From an uncultured Gammaproteobacteria bacterium (lineage in GTDB: Bacteria > Patescibacteriota > Microgenomatia > UBA8517), in NCBI GenBank assembly GCA_964583105.1, contig CAZOUV010000001.1:65617-129616 (forward strand): 64,000 nucleotides of DNA. The letters run 5' to 3'. The position numbers and the translations under genes are program-made. Every line of letters starts with the position of its first letter. Positions within the stretch are counted from its first letter, which is position 1. The notes under the pieces are model-generated. The model ran no database searches and was not told the origin of the DNA. It saw nothing but the letters and a program-made list of their open reading frames with translations. Of the stretch, positions 1 through 8,823 are shown one piece after another.

Positions 1-1
1 A

Positions 2-265
2 AGAACAAAAGGAGTTTGGACATCGGCAATTGGTTTGGTAGTAGATAACAATAAAATATATGCAGAAAGTTATACTACTGATACGATTTTTGTTTCTCAA
101 AAAAGTCCAAACAATACCCCCGGCGAGCCATTGAATTCTTTACAGATAGATCCGAAAACTGGAAGATATTTTACTGATCTAAAACCTGAAGAGTGGATAG
201 ATCTGCAGAAAAACAGGGAAAAGGGGTATATAGACTTCATGAAAAAGCATCTTCAGGAAATATAA
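2..265 (+). CDS. 3' end of a CDS running in from upstream (hypothetical protein); the frame is open from position 2
   Basis: Reading frame open from base 2 to TAA at 263-265; no recognisable domain in the 76 aa tail. Confidence 0.3.
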   Translation, partial: RTKGVWTSAIGLVVDNNKIYAESYTTDTIFVSQKSPNNTPGEPLNSLQIDPKTGRYFTDLKPEEWIDLQKNREKGYIDFMKKHLQEI

Positions 266-279
266 TGTGTTAAAATTTG

Positions 280-1821
280 ATGAGGATGAAAAAGTTCTTT
301 GGTGAGTGGAGATGGGTTATCTTTGTTGGTTTTCTTCTTTTGGTTTTTGCCTTTTTATTAAGAATATATAACTTGACCCTTCTTCCTGTTTTTGCGGATG
401 AGGCAATCTATATTCGCTGGTCTCAGATTATGAATGCCGAACCTACTTTAAGATTCTTGCCTCTTTCCGACGGAAAGCAACCTTTGTTTATGTGGATTTT
501 GATGTTTTTCGTAAATAAATTAAGTGACCCATTATTCGCAGGAAGAATTATTTCGGTTTTTTCAAGTATTGGAACCTTAATCGGAGTTTTTGCCGTAAGT
601 TATCTTCTTTTTAAAAATAAGATCCTTTCATTAATTTCTTCTTTTATCTGGGCAATTTGTCCGTTAAGTTTTTTCTTCGACAGGATGGCCTTGGTTGATT
701 CAATGCTTGCCATGTTTGGTATTTGGACTTTGTTTTTTGGAATTCTAACTGTAAAAACAAAAAGACTGGATATGGCTTTGATTGCGGGATTTATTTTTGG
801 ATGTGGAATGCTTACCAAATCTCCTGCTTTAATATTTTTACTTCTTCTTCCGCTTAGTTGGATTTTTCTTAAAAAACCTAAAGAATTATTTAAAGTAATT
901 CCACTTTATTTGGTTACCGCACTTGTCGGATACGGAATGTACAACATTTTAAGACTTGGTCCGAATTTTAATTTGATTGCCAGCCGAAATTTGGATTATG
1001 TTTTACCTCTGTCAAGACTTTGGACTTATCCCACGGATCCTTTAATTCCCCATATGATTGACGTTTTTGTTAAGTGGTTTCCTAAAATGGGTCCTTGGCC
1101 TATCCTACCTCTTATTCTTATGGCATTTTTAACTTCTTGGAAAGGGTATTGGAGAGAAAAAGTATTAATTACCCTTTCTTGGCTTGGACCACTGTTGGTT
1201 TTGGCCGAGTTTGGTAGAGCATTCACGGTCCGTTACATTCTTTTTATATTTCCAACTCTTTTTATATTTATTGCAACGGGAGTTTTGGCTAAAAACAAAA
1301 TTATTAAAGGTATCTATTATCTTTTCTTAATTATTTTTTCCGTAACGTCGCTTGTTTTTGATTATTATTTACTAACAAATCCTGCAAAGGCGGATTTGCC
1401 AAGAAGTGAAAGAAGCGGATATTTGGAAGAATGGACCGCAGGGGACGGAATAAAAGAGATTGCGGATTATCTTAAAGAAGAAGAACTGAAAGATCCCAAT
1501 AAAAAAATAGTTGTGGGAACCGAGGGGTATTTCGGAACTCTTCCCGACGGGCTTCAAATGTATCTTAATAAAAATCCAAAGATTATTGTTATCGGAGTGG
1601 GACTTGATTTAAGCGAAATTCCCAAAAGCCTTGCGGAATCGAAAGATGCAGGAAATAAAACATACCTTGTTATTAATGAATCCAGGTTTGGGGGCGATCC
1701 CGATAAATTAGGCTTAAAACTTATCGCAAGTTACCCAAAATCGCCCAGAAAAGACACCAAATCTAAGGAATTTTATCTTAAAGGTCCTCAGGAAGTATTA
1801 TTATTCTTTGAGCTTCAGTAA
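280..1821 (+). CDS. GT-C fold membrane glycosyltransferase, PMT/ArnT-like (GT39/GT83-like)
   Basis: TTG at 277, first ATG at 280; multi-TM protein with 'PVFADEAIYIRWSQ' DE motif in the first loop, resembling the ArnT 'DEARYA' / PMT DE motif; C-terminal soluble domain. Confidence 0.6.
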   Translation: MRMKKFFGEWRWVIFVGFLLLVFAFLLRIYNLTLLPVFADEAIYIRWSQIMNAEPTLRFLPLSDGKQPLFMWILMFFVNKLSDPLFAGRIISVFSSIGTLIGVFAVSYLLFKNKILSLISSFIWAICPLSFFFDRMALVDSMLAMFGIWTLFFGILTVKTKRLDMALIAGFIFGCGMLTKSPALIFLLLLPLSWIFLKKPKELFKVIPLYLVTALVGYGMYNILRLGPNFNLIASRNLDYVLPLSRLWTYPTDPLIPHMIDVFVKWFPKMGPWPILPLILMAFLTSWKGYWREKVLITLSWLGPLLVLAEFGRAFTVRYILFIFPTLFIFIATGVLAKNKIIKGIYYLFLIIFSVTSLVFDYYLLTNPAKADLPRSERSGYLEEWTAGDGIKEIADYLKEEELKDPNKKIVVGTEGYFGTLPDGLQMYLNKNPKIIVIGVGLDLSEIPKSLAESKDAGNKTYLVINESRFGGDPDKLGLKLIASYPKSPRKDTKSKEFYLKGPQEVLLFFELQ

Positions 1822-1836
1822 TGGTACAATTTAAGC

Positions 1837-3300
1837 GTGGAAGGCGAAATTGAGATAAATACGGTCAAAAGCCGTGCCGTAAGAGGTGTAGTTACCTTAA
1901 CCGGCAGAACCTTACTTTTAAATCTTATCTCTTTTGTTTCTCAAGGCCTTCTTTGGCTTTTTTTAAACCCCTCCCAATTCGGTACCTTTTTAATCGTTTC
2001 GGCAACAGTAAATTTTTTATCATATTTTGCCGACATTGGTTTGGGAGCGGCTCTTATTCAAAAGAAGGAAGTTCCCCAAGAGGTTGATTACAGAACCGTA
2101 TTTACTGTTCAGGAAATACTGGTAACAACAATCTTGGTTATAATTTTTCTTTTGGGCCCGACACTTACAAAAACACACTCCCTAACTCACGAGGGACTTA
2201 TGCTTTTATATGCCTTGGGAGGATCTTTTTTCTTAGCTTCTCTTAAAAATATTCCTTCGATTATGCTTGAAAGAAAACTGGAGTTTGGAAAATTTGTAAT
2301 TCCTCAGGTTTTGGAAAATATGGTTTACAGTATCTGCGTTGTTTTTTTTGCATGGAAAGGATTTGGTATTACAAGCTTTACCTATTCAGTTCTTATAAGG
2401 GGAGTCGTGGGTTTGGTTGCAATATACGTTCTTAATCCTTGGAAGCCTATGGTCGGTTTTTCCCTTAATTCTTTTAAAAATCTTATTAAATTTGGAATTC
2501 CCTACCAGTTAAATAATTTTTTGGCAACTCTTAAGGATGACGGTATGACAATTGTTTTGGGGGGAATTTTGGGGACTGCCGGAATAGGAATTTTAGGAAC
2601 GGCTCAAAAACTTGCCCAGTATCCTTTAAGGTTTTTCATGGATAATGTAACTAAAGTAACCTTTCCCGCATTTTCCCGGATGCAGGAAAATAGAGAAGAA
2701 CTTTCAAGAACTCTTTCCAGATCAATATTTTTTATTTGCTCCCTTGTCTTTCCTGCCCTTATTGGTCTTATCATAGTTTTTCCTAATATCATTGAGGCAA
2801 TTCCAAAGTATACGAAGTGGTCTCCTGTTTATCCTGTTTTGATATTTTTGGCGGTAAATTCTTTTTGGGCGGCAGCAACAACCCAGCTTACAAATTTTCT
2901 TAATGCGGTGGGGAAAATTAAAACCACCTTTAAGTTGATGATTATGTGGACTGCTCTTACCTGGGCTATGGTTCCTTTTTTTTCCAAATATTGGGGAGTA
3001 ACCGGAGCAGGAATTTCCTATATGATAATAGGATTTAGTTCGGCAATTGTCTTTTATATAGTTAAAAAACATATAGACTGGAAAATAGGTTATTCGGTAG
3101 GAATGCCTCTTATCTCGTCTTTGGCAATGGGTCTTATAATTTATATTGTTCAAAACTCACTTCGGGTTGGAGGATACAAAGAACTTATTGTTTTGGTTCT
3201 TCTTGGTCTAATTTTTTACTTTGGCTTTTTATATCTTCTTGTAGGAAGCTCATTAAGCGAAGATGTTAAAAAATCTGTTAAAACGTTTTTGGGAAAGTAG
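1837..3300 (+). CDS. wzx: Wzx-like oligosaccharide flippase (MOP superfamily polysaccharide biosynthesis protein)
   Basis: GTG start; ~12-14 TM; N-terminal 'RGVVTLTGRTLLLNLISFVSQGLLWLFLNPSQFG...GLGAALIQ' typical of PF01943/PF13440 flippases. Confidence 0.65.
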   Translation: MEGEIEINTVKSRAVRGVVTLTGRTLLLNLISFVSQGLLWLFLNPSQFGTFLIVSATVNFLSYFADIGLGAALIQKKEVPQEVDYRTVFTVQEILVTTILVIIFLLGPTLTKTHSLTHEGLMLLYALGGSFFLASLKNIPSIMLERKLEFGKFVIPQVLENMVYSICVVFFAWKGFGITSFTYSVLIRGVVGLVAIYVLNPWKPMVGFSLNSFKNLIKFGIPYQLNNFLATLKDDGMTIVLGGILGTAGIGILGTAQKLAQYPLRFFMDNVTKVTFPAFSRMQENREELSRTLSRSIFFICSLVFPALIGLIIVFPNIIEAIPKYTKWSPVYPVLIFLAVNSFWAAATTQLTNFLNAVGKIKTTFKLMIMWTALTWAMVPFFSKYWGVTGAGISYMIIGFSSAIVFYIVKKHIDWKIGYSVGMPLISSLAMGLIIYIVQNSLRVGGYKELIVLVLLGLIFYFGFLYLLVGSSLSEDVKKSVKTFLGK

Positions 3301-4978
3301 ATTAATTATTACCCTTATACTTTTAGGAAGCATAATCTGGTCTTTGACTATGGTAAGAAGTGGGTTGGTAACGCCAACCGGTATGGGATTTTGGGGAGCT
3401 AGTGGACATGACGGAGTTTGGCACATTGCTCTTGCCAATCAGTTAACCCAGTTTCCTTTCAAAAATCCCGTTTTTTCCGGAACATTTCTTCAGAACTATC
3501 ATTTCGGTTTCGATTTACTCATGGCATTTATTAATCTGGAAACGGGAATTTCTTTAAAAAATCTCTATTTTCAAATTCTTCCCCCGATTTTTGCATTCTT
3601 AATAGGTTTTTTAACTTATAAATTTGTTAAGTTATTGACCAAATCCAAAAAATCTGCATTTTGGTCTGCATTTTTTGTTTATTTCGGAGGAGGTTTGGGT
3701 TGGCTTGTCACCTTCTTAAGAAACGGAAAGTTTGACGGAGAAAGCATGTTTTGGTCACATCAGGCAATTTCAACTTTAGTCAATCCTCCATTTGCTCTTT
3801 CTTTGATTTTTATTCTTTCCGGACTTATTTTTCTTTTGAAATATAAAAAAAATAATAAGCCGTATTTATTGATATTGTCATCAATATTTTTTGGTCTTCT
3901 TATTGAAATAAAAGTCTATGCTGGGATTTTGGTTTTAGCGGGGCTTTTTATATCTTCTTTGTGGAGAGTTTTTAAAGAAAAGAAAAAAGATATTCTTTTT
4001 GTGTTTTTGATTTCACTGACAATCTCTCTGTTTTTGTTTTTTGAATTCGGCAGTAAAAATCCCCAAAGTTTAATCGTTTTTCAGCCCTTCTGGTTCTTGG
4101 AAACCATGATGGGCCTTAGCGACAGACTTGGATGGATTAAATTCCATTCGGCAATGACCACCTACAGAATGGGGGGGATTTGGATTAAGGCAATCTTGGC
4201 TTACGGGGTTGCTTTTATGATTTTTATTTTGGGAAACACGGGAACAAGAATTTTATTTATTAAGGAAGCTTTTAAAAAATATGATTCGACTAAAGTTTTT
4301 ATGTTAAGTGTAATTTTAACAGGTATTATAATTCCTACGTTTTTTTTGCAGAAGGGAACTCCGTGGAACACAATCCAGTTTTTTTATTATTCATTGTTTT
4401 TCTCTGCAATTTTAACAGGCATTGCGGTATCGCAGTTTAACAAGTATCTATTAACAGTTGTTGTACTGCTGACTCTCCCCACAACCATTGGAGCAATGAA
4501 GCATTATTTACCCAGAAATCCACCTGCTTTTCTTTCACCTTTAGAAATTGAAGCCTTAAATTTTTTAAAGAATGAGCCTAAGGGAGTGGTTTTAACATTT
4601 CCGTTTGATTCAATTAAGGCAAGAGAGGCGGAAGTTAATCCCCCAAGACCTTTATATTTATACGATTCAACCGCATACGTTTCGGCCTTTTCCGAAAAAA
4701 TTACTTTTCTGGAAGATCAGGTAAATTTGGATATAACAGGGTACAACTGGAAAGAGAGACTTGATGATATTAATAAATGGTACAAAGAACCAAATTTACA
4801 AAAAGCCAGAGAGTTTTTGAAAGAAAACAGTATTAAATATATTTATTGGCTGAAAGGGGATAAACAATATCTTTACGCCACGGAACAAAGATCTTTTTTG
4901 GGAGAAACAGATTTGGTGATCGAAAAAATATTTGAGAATAAAGAAGTAGGCATTTACATGGTAAAATCAGAGATATGA
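3263..4978 (+). CDS. Large polytopic membrane protein, 'GHDG-WHIAL' family (putative GT-C-like glycosyltransferase/polymerase); paralog of 22320-24152
   Basis: Shared motifs with the minus-strand gene 22320-24152: 'GASGHDGVWHIALANQ...FKNPVFSGTFLQNYHF' vs 'SAHGHDGTWHIALMEE...FENPIFAGEKLVNYHF', 'GGESMFW..Q..S...NPP' and a C-terminal 'YNW' domain. Confidence 0.5.
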   Translation: MLKNLLKRFWESRLIITLILLGSIIWSLTMVRSGLVTPTGMGFWGASGHDGVWHIALANQLTQFPFKNPVFSGTFLQNYHFGFDLLMAFINLETGISLKNLYFQILPPIFAFLIGFLTYKFVKLLTKSKKSAFWSAFFVYFGGGLGWLVTFLRNGKFDGESMFWSHQAISTLVNPPFALSLIFILSGLIFLLKYKKNNKPYLLILSSIFFGLLIEIKVYAGILVLAGLFISSLWRVFKEKKKDILFVFLISLTISLFLFFEFGSKNPQSLIVFQPFWFLETMMGLSDRLGWIKFHSAMTTYRMGGIWIKAILAYGVAFMIFILGNTGTRILFIKEAFKKYDSTKVFMLSVILTGIIIPTFFLQKGTPWNTIQFFYYSLFFSAILTGIAVSQFNKYLLTVVVLLTLPTTIGAMKHYLPRNPPAFLSPLEIEALNFLKNEPKGVVLTFPFDSIKAREAEVNPPRPLYLYDSTAYVSAFSEKITFLEDQVNLDITGYNWKERLDDINKWYKEPNLQKAREFLKENSIKYIYWLKGDKQYLYATEQRSFLGETDLVIEKIFENKEVGIYMVKSEI

Positions 4979-5832
4979 TATCGGTAGTTATAAATACACT
5001 AAACGACGAAGCACAAATTGCCCGTGCAATTGTCTCCGTAAAATCCTTGGCCGATGAAATTGTTCTTTGCGACATGGAATCGTCCGATAAAACAGTGGAG
5101 ATTGCAGAAAAACACGGAGCAAAAGTCTTTTCCCACAAAAAGGAAAGTTACGTTGAACTTGTTAGAAATTTTATGATTTCAAAAGCAGGTGGAGATTGGA
5201 TACTGATTTTGGATCCGGATGAAGAGATATCTTCGAAGCTTTCTTCAAAATTGAAAGAAATTGTTAAGAAAAACGAAGCCGATTATTACAGAATCCCAAG
5301 AAAAAATATTATTTTCGGAAAGTGGATGAAACATACCAACTGGTGGCCTGATTACAATATCCGATTTTTTAAGAAGGGGTTTGTTTCATGGAGCGAGGTT
5401 ATTCATGCCGTGCCTATGACTCAAGGGAAAGGTATGGATCTTCCCGAAAAAGAAGACAATGCAATCATTCATCATAACTATGAAAGCATTGATCAGTATT
5501 TCGAAAAAATGCTTCGCTATACCGAAGCACAGAAAGACAATCTCCTAAAAGGTGGCTATGTTTTTTCATGGAAGGATTTGATTAAAAAACCTCTGGGGGA
5601 GTTTTTGACTAGGTTTTTTTCGGCGGAAGGATTTAAAGACGGGGTTCACGGACTTATCCTTTCTTTGCTTCAGGCTTTTTCTGAACTTACCCTTTATGTC
5701 AAAATCTGGCAGAAACAGGGCTCAAGTGAAAAAGATTTGAGAAGAAGCGAACTTAGGGAAGAATTTAAAAAAGCAACCAAGGATGTAAAGTGGTGGGTAT
5801 CTAAAAAACTATCATGGCTAAAGTTTCTTTAA
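4975..5832 (+). CDS. Family 2 glycosyltransferase (LPS-core-type GT2 subfamily)
   Basis: N-terminal 'ISVVINTLNDE', 'ILDPDEEI' DxD-type motif, 'GKWMKHTNWWPDYNIRFF'; ATGA overlap with upstream gene; paralogous to 6722 and 32985. Confidence 0.7.
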   Translation: MISVVINTLNDEAQIARAIVSVKSLADEIVLCDMESSDKTVEIAEKHGAKVFSHKKESYVELVRNFMISKAGGDWILILDPDEEISSKLSSKLKEIVKKNEADYYRIPRKNIIFGKWMKHTNWWPDYNIRFFKKGFVSWSEVIHAVPMTQGKGMDLPEKEDNAIIHHNYESIDQYFEKMLRYTEAQKDNLLKGGYVFSWKDLIKKPLGEFLTRFFSAEGFKDGVHGLILSLLQAFSELTLYVKIWQKQGSSEKDLRRSELREEFKKATKDVKWWVSKKLSWLKFL

Positions 5833-6734
5833 TAATCCTCAATTGGAACGCACGAAAATTGACCCAGAGCGAACTTGAAAATGTTTCAAAGTTAAAAACA
5901 GGCAGTCATGAAGTTGAATGTTTGGTTATAGACAACGGTTCAACAGATGATTCTTTGGAAAAGCTTTCTATCTATCAGCTTCCCAATATGAATTATAAAT
6001 TTATGGAAACCAACGAAAATTTGGGATATGCGGGAGGAAATAACGTGGGACTTAAACATTCTCTGAAAAACAATTTTGACTATACAATTTTATTAAATAA
6101 TGACGTTGTCCTGCCCGAAGACTTGATTATCAAACTTGTCGATATTGCCGAAAAGGACAAAAAAATAGGACTTCTTTCCCCAAAAATGTATTTTGCCAAA
6201 GGCTATGAATTTCATAAAGACAGATATAAAGAAGAAGACTTGGGAAAAGTTATCTGGTTTGCGGGGGGAGTTATGGATTGGAAAAACATGTATACAGATC
6301 ACAGGGGAGTTGATGAAGTAGATAGCGGACAATACAACGAGGAAGCGGAAGTAGACAGTATAAACGGGGCATGCCTTCTTATGAGAAACAAGCTAATTAG
6401 CGATATTGGTTTACTTAAGGAGAAGTATTTTATGTATTGGGAGGACGCAGACTATTCAATTAGAGCAAAAAAAGCCGGATGGAAAGTCTTATACACCCCC
6501 GAAACCTTTATCTGGCACAAAGTATCTTCTTCATCTGCGGTGGGAAGTAATCTAAACGATTATTTTTTAACCAGAAACAGACTTGATTTTGGTTTAAGGT
6601 ATGCTCCTTTTAGAACAAAGCTGGCTTTAGTTAGAGAAAGTCTGAAATTTTTAGTTAATGGGAGAAGTTGGCAGAAAATCGGGGTCCGTGATTATTATCT
6701 TGGAAGGTGGGGTAAGGGATCATGGGGAAAATAA
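5814..6734 (+). CDS. Family 2 glycosyltransferase (rhamnosyltransferase-like GT2)
   Basis: 'VSLIILNWNARKLT...LVIDNGSTDDS', 'YWEDADYSIRAKKAGWKVLYTPETFIWHK' typical GT2 (WbbL-like) signatures. Confidence 0.7.
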   Translation: MAKVSLIILNWNARKLTQSELENVSKLKTGSHEVECLVIDNGSTDDSLEKLSIYQLPNMNYKFMETNENLGYAGGNNVGLKHSLKNNFDYTILLNNDVVLPEDLIIKLVDIAEKDKKIGLLSPKMYFAKGYEFHKDRYKEEDLGKVIWFAGGVMDWKNMYTDHRGVDEVDSGQYNEEAEVDSINGACLLMRNKLISDIGLLKEKYFMYWEDADYSIRAKKAGWKVLYTPETFIWHKVSSSSAVGSNLNDYFLTRNRLDFGLRYAPFRTKLALVRESLKFLVNGRSWQKIGVRDYYLGRWGKGSWGK

Positions 6735-7438
6735 AAATTTCGGCAATAGTTCTTATTGGAGGAAACTACGACAAAGAGCTTCTTAAAAAGTGTCTTAAAT
6801 CTTTGGAGTGGACTGATGAGATAGTAAAGGTGGAAAGCGAAAATATCCAAGGAAGTTTTTCTGAATGGAGAAATTACGGTGCAAAAAAAGCCTTGGGGGA
6901 ATGGCTTTTCTATGTTGATGCGGATGAGGAAGTAACACCTAAATTAAGGGAGGAAGTTCGGAGACAAATTCTTGAGGGAAAGTATCCTGCCTACGCAATT
7001 CCCAGAACAAACATTTTATTGGGAAAAAGAATGCGCTTTGGTGGGTGGAGTCCGGATTATGTTTTAAGGCTTATTAGGAAAGAGGTATTAGTCAAATGGG
7101 AAGGAAAACTTCACGAACAGCCGGTTATAAAAGGAGAAATCGGAAAATTAAAACAGCCTTTAATTCACAGATCCCACAGGAGTTTGACGGAAATGGTTGA
7201 AAAAACAAATGCATGGTCCGAAATCGAAGCAGATCTTTTATATAAATCGGGCCATCCCAAAATGAATATTTTCAGGTTTTGTTCAGCTGGTTTCAGGGAA
7301 TTTTGGCACAGGGGAATTGTTAAACTCGGATTTCTGGATGGAACAGTAGGGGTAATTGAAGTAATCTATCAGGTTTTCAGTAGGTTAATTACCTATTCCA
7401 AATTATGGGAAAAACAGTTAAAAAAGGAGACAATATAA
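6722..7438 (+). CDS. Family 2 glycosyltransferase (paralog of 4975 and 32985)
   Basis: 'ISAIVLIGGNYDKELLKKCLKSL', 'FYVDADEEV', 'KRMRFGGWSPDYVLRL'. Confidence 0.65.
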   Translation: MGKIKISAIVLIGGNYDKELLKKCLKSLEWTDEIVKVESENIQGSFSEWRNYGAKKALGEWLFYVDADEEVTPKLREEVRRQILEGKYPAYAIPRTNILLGKRMRFGGWSPDYVLRLIRKEVLVKWEGKLHEQPVIKGEIGKLKQPLIHRSHRSLTEMVEKTNAWSEIEADLLYKSGHPKMNIFRFCSAGFREFWHRGIVKLGFLDGTVGVIEVIYQVFSRLITYSKLWEKQLKKETI

Positions 7439-7803
7439 AAAAAATATACTATCGAAAATTAGTCAGGGATAAAATTCCTCAAAGGATAAAAGAATCAGGA
7501 GGAAGGTTTGAAATAAAAGCCTTATCCCAAATTGATTACAAAAAATATCTATTGGAAAAGGTAAGTGAAGAAGCGAGTGGAATATCTTTAGCAAAAAGCA
7601 GAAAGGAAGTAGCTAGCGAGATGGGGGATTTATTGGATGTTTTGGAAGAGGTGAAGACTCATTTTAAGATTAAACCTGAGGATTTAAAAGAATCAAGACA
7701 GAAAGAATTTCAAAGAAAAGGGGGCTTTAAGAAAAAAATATTTTTGATTTGGGCAGAAGATACGGGATATAAAACAAACGAAAAGAGGGGAAAAGCAAAA
7801 TGA
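7405..7803 (+). CDS. MazG-like nucleoside triphosphate pyrophosphohydrolase (all-alpha NTP-PPase)
   Basis: 'YRKLVRDKIPQRI' matches the conserved KLVRD(K/R)IPE motif of the MazG/HisE-like NTP-PPase family; 132 aa, acidic helical remainder. Confidence 0.45.
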   Translation: MGKTVKKGDNIKKIYYRKLVRDKIPQRIKESGGRFEIKALSQIDYKKYLLEKVSEEASGISLAKSRKEVASEMGDLLDVLEEVKTHFKIKPEDLKESRQKEFQRKGGFKKKIFLIWAEDTGYKTNEKRGKAK

Positions 7804-8822
7804 AAGCTGCAATATTCAATCCCTATTTAGATACCCTAGGTGGCGGTGAACGATATACACTTTCCTTTGCCAAGGTTTTGGCAGATAAAGGATATGTTGT
7901 GGACGTTGAGTGGAAAGACGGCTCAATAAGAGAAAAGCTTGAAGATAGATTGGGAATTGATTTATCCAAGATTAATTTTGTAAACGATGTTAAAAGGGGT
8001 TCGGGCTACGACCTTTGCTTTTGGGTATCGGACGGAAGCATTCCACTTCTTCACTCAAAGAAAAATATATTGCACTTCCAGGTTCCCTTTCATGACGTGG
8101 ACGGTAAAACTCTTTTTAATAAAATGAAACTTTTTAGAATAAATGAAGTTGTCTGTAATTCTAAATTTACCAAGGAGGTAATTGATAAAGAATTTGGAAT
8201 AGAAGGTACAGTTCTTTATCCGCCAGCGGATTTATTAAAAATAAGACCCAGAAGAAAAGAAGATATTATTTTGTATGTCGGAAGATTTTCGGAACTTGTC
8301 AGATCCAAAAGACAGGATATTCTGGTAGATGCGTTTAAGAAATTCTCCAAGGTTTTTCCCTTGTGGAAGATGATATTGGTAGGGGGAAGCGATGTGGGAG
8401 GAGGGGAGTTTGTGGAAAAATTGAAAGAAAAATCCAAAAATTACAACATTGAAATAGTTCAGGGGATAAGCTATTCCAACCTTCTCGATTTATACGGCAA
8501 AGCAAGATTTTTTTGGTCTGCAGCAGGATATGGAATAAACGAAAAACTTCATCCCGAACAGGTAGAACATTTTGGAATAACTACCGTTGAGGCTATGGCG
8601 GCAGGTGCCGTTCCTCTGGTATATAATGCCGGAGGGCAGAAAGAGATAATTAAAAACGGAGTTAGCGGTTATTTGTGGAATTCTGTTAATGAACTTGTAA
8701 AAATAACATCAGAATTAATTAAAAACAAATCGCATTTGGTTAAACTTTCCAAAGAGGCTAGATTAAGATCAGAAAATTTTAGTCAGGATTTATTTGAAAA
8801 AAATGTTTCTAATCTAATTTAA
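7800..8822 (+). CDS. GT4 (family 1-type, GT-B fold) glycosyltransferase
   Basis: C-terminal 'FGITTVEAMAAGAVPLVYNAGGQKEII' E-x7-E-like nucleotide-sugar binding motif; ~340 aa. Confidence 0.7.
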   Translation: MKAAIFNPYLDTLGGGERYTLSFAKVLADKGYVVDVEWKDGSIREKLEDRLGIDLSKINFVNDVKRGSGYDLCFWVSDGSIPLLHSKKNILHFQVPFHDVDGKTLFNKMKLFRINEVVCNSKFTKEVIDKEFGIEGTVLYPPADLLKIRPRRKEDIILYVGRFSELVRSKRQDILVDAFKKFSKVFPLWKMILVGGSDVGGGEFVEKLKEKSKNYNIEIVQGISYSNLLDLYGKARFFWSAAGYGINEKLHPEQVEHFGITTVEAMAAGAVPLVYNAGGQKEIIKNGVSGYLWNSVNELVKITSELIKNKSHLVKLSKEARLRSENFSQDLFEKNVSNLI

Positions 8823-8823
8823 G

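Noticed and set aside
2722-3153. 143-aa minus-strand ORF inside the Wzx flippase gene
   Set aside because: Lys/Arg/Asn-rich low-complexity product typical of antisense translation of an AT-rich membrane-protein gene; the sense frame carries the conserved domain.
7405-7803. Possible toxin-antitoxin (MazEF-type) module because of the MazG-like gene
   Set aside because: MazG is an NTP pyrophosphohydrolase, not a toxin. There is no MazE/MazF-like small partner ORF adjacent; both flanking genes are glycosyltransferases.
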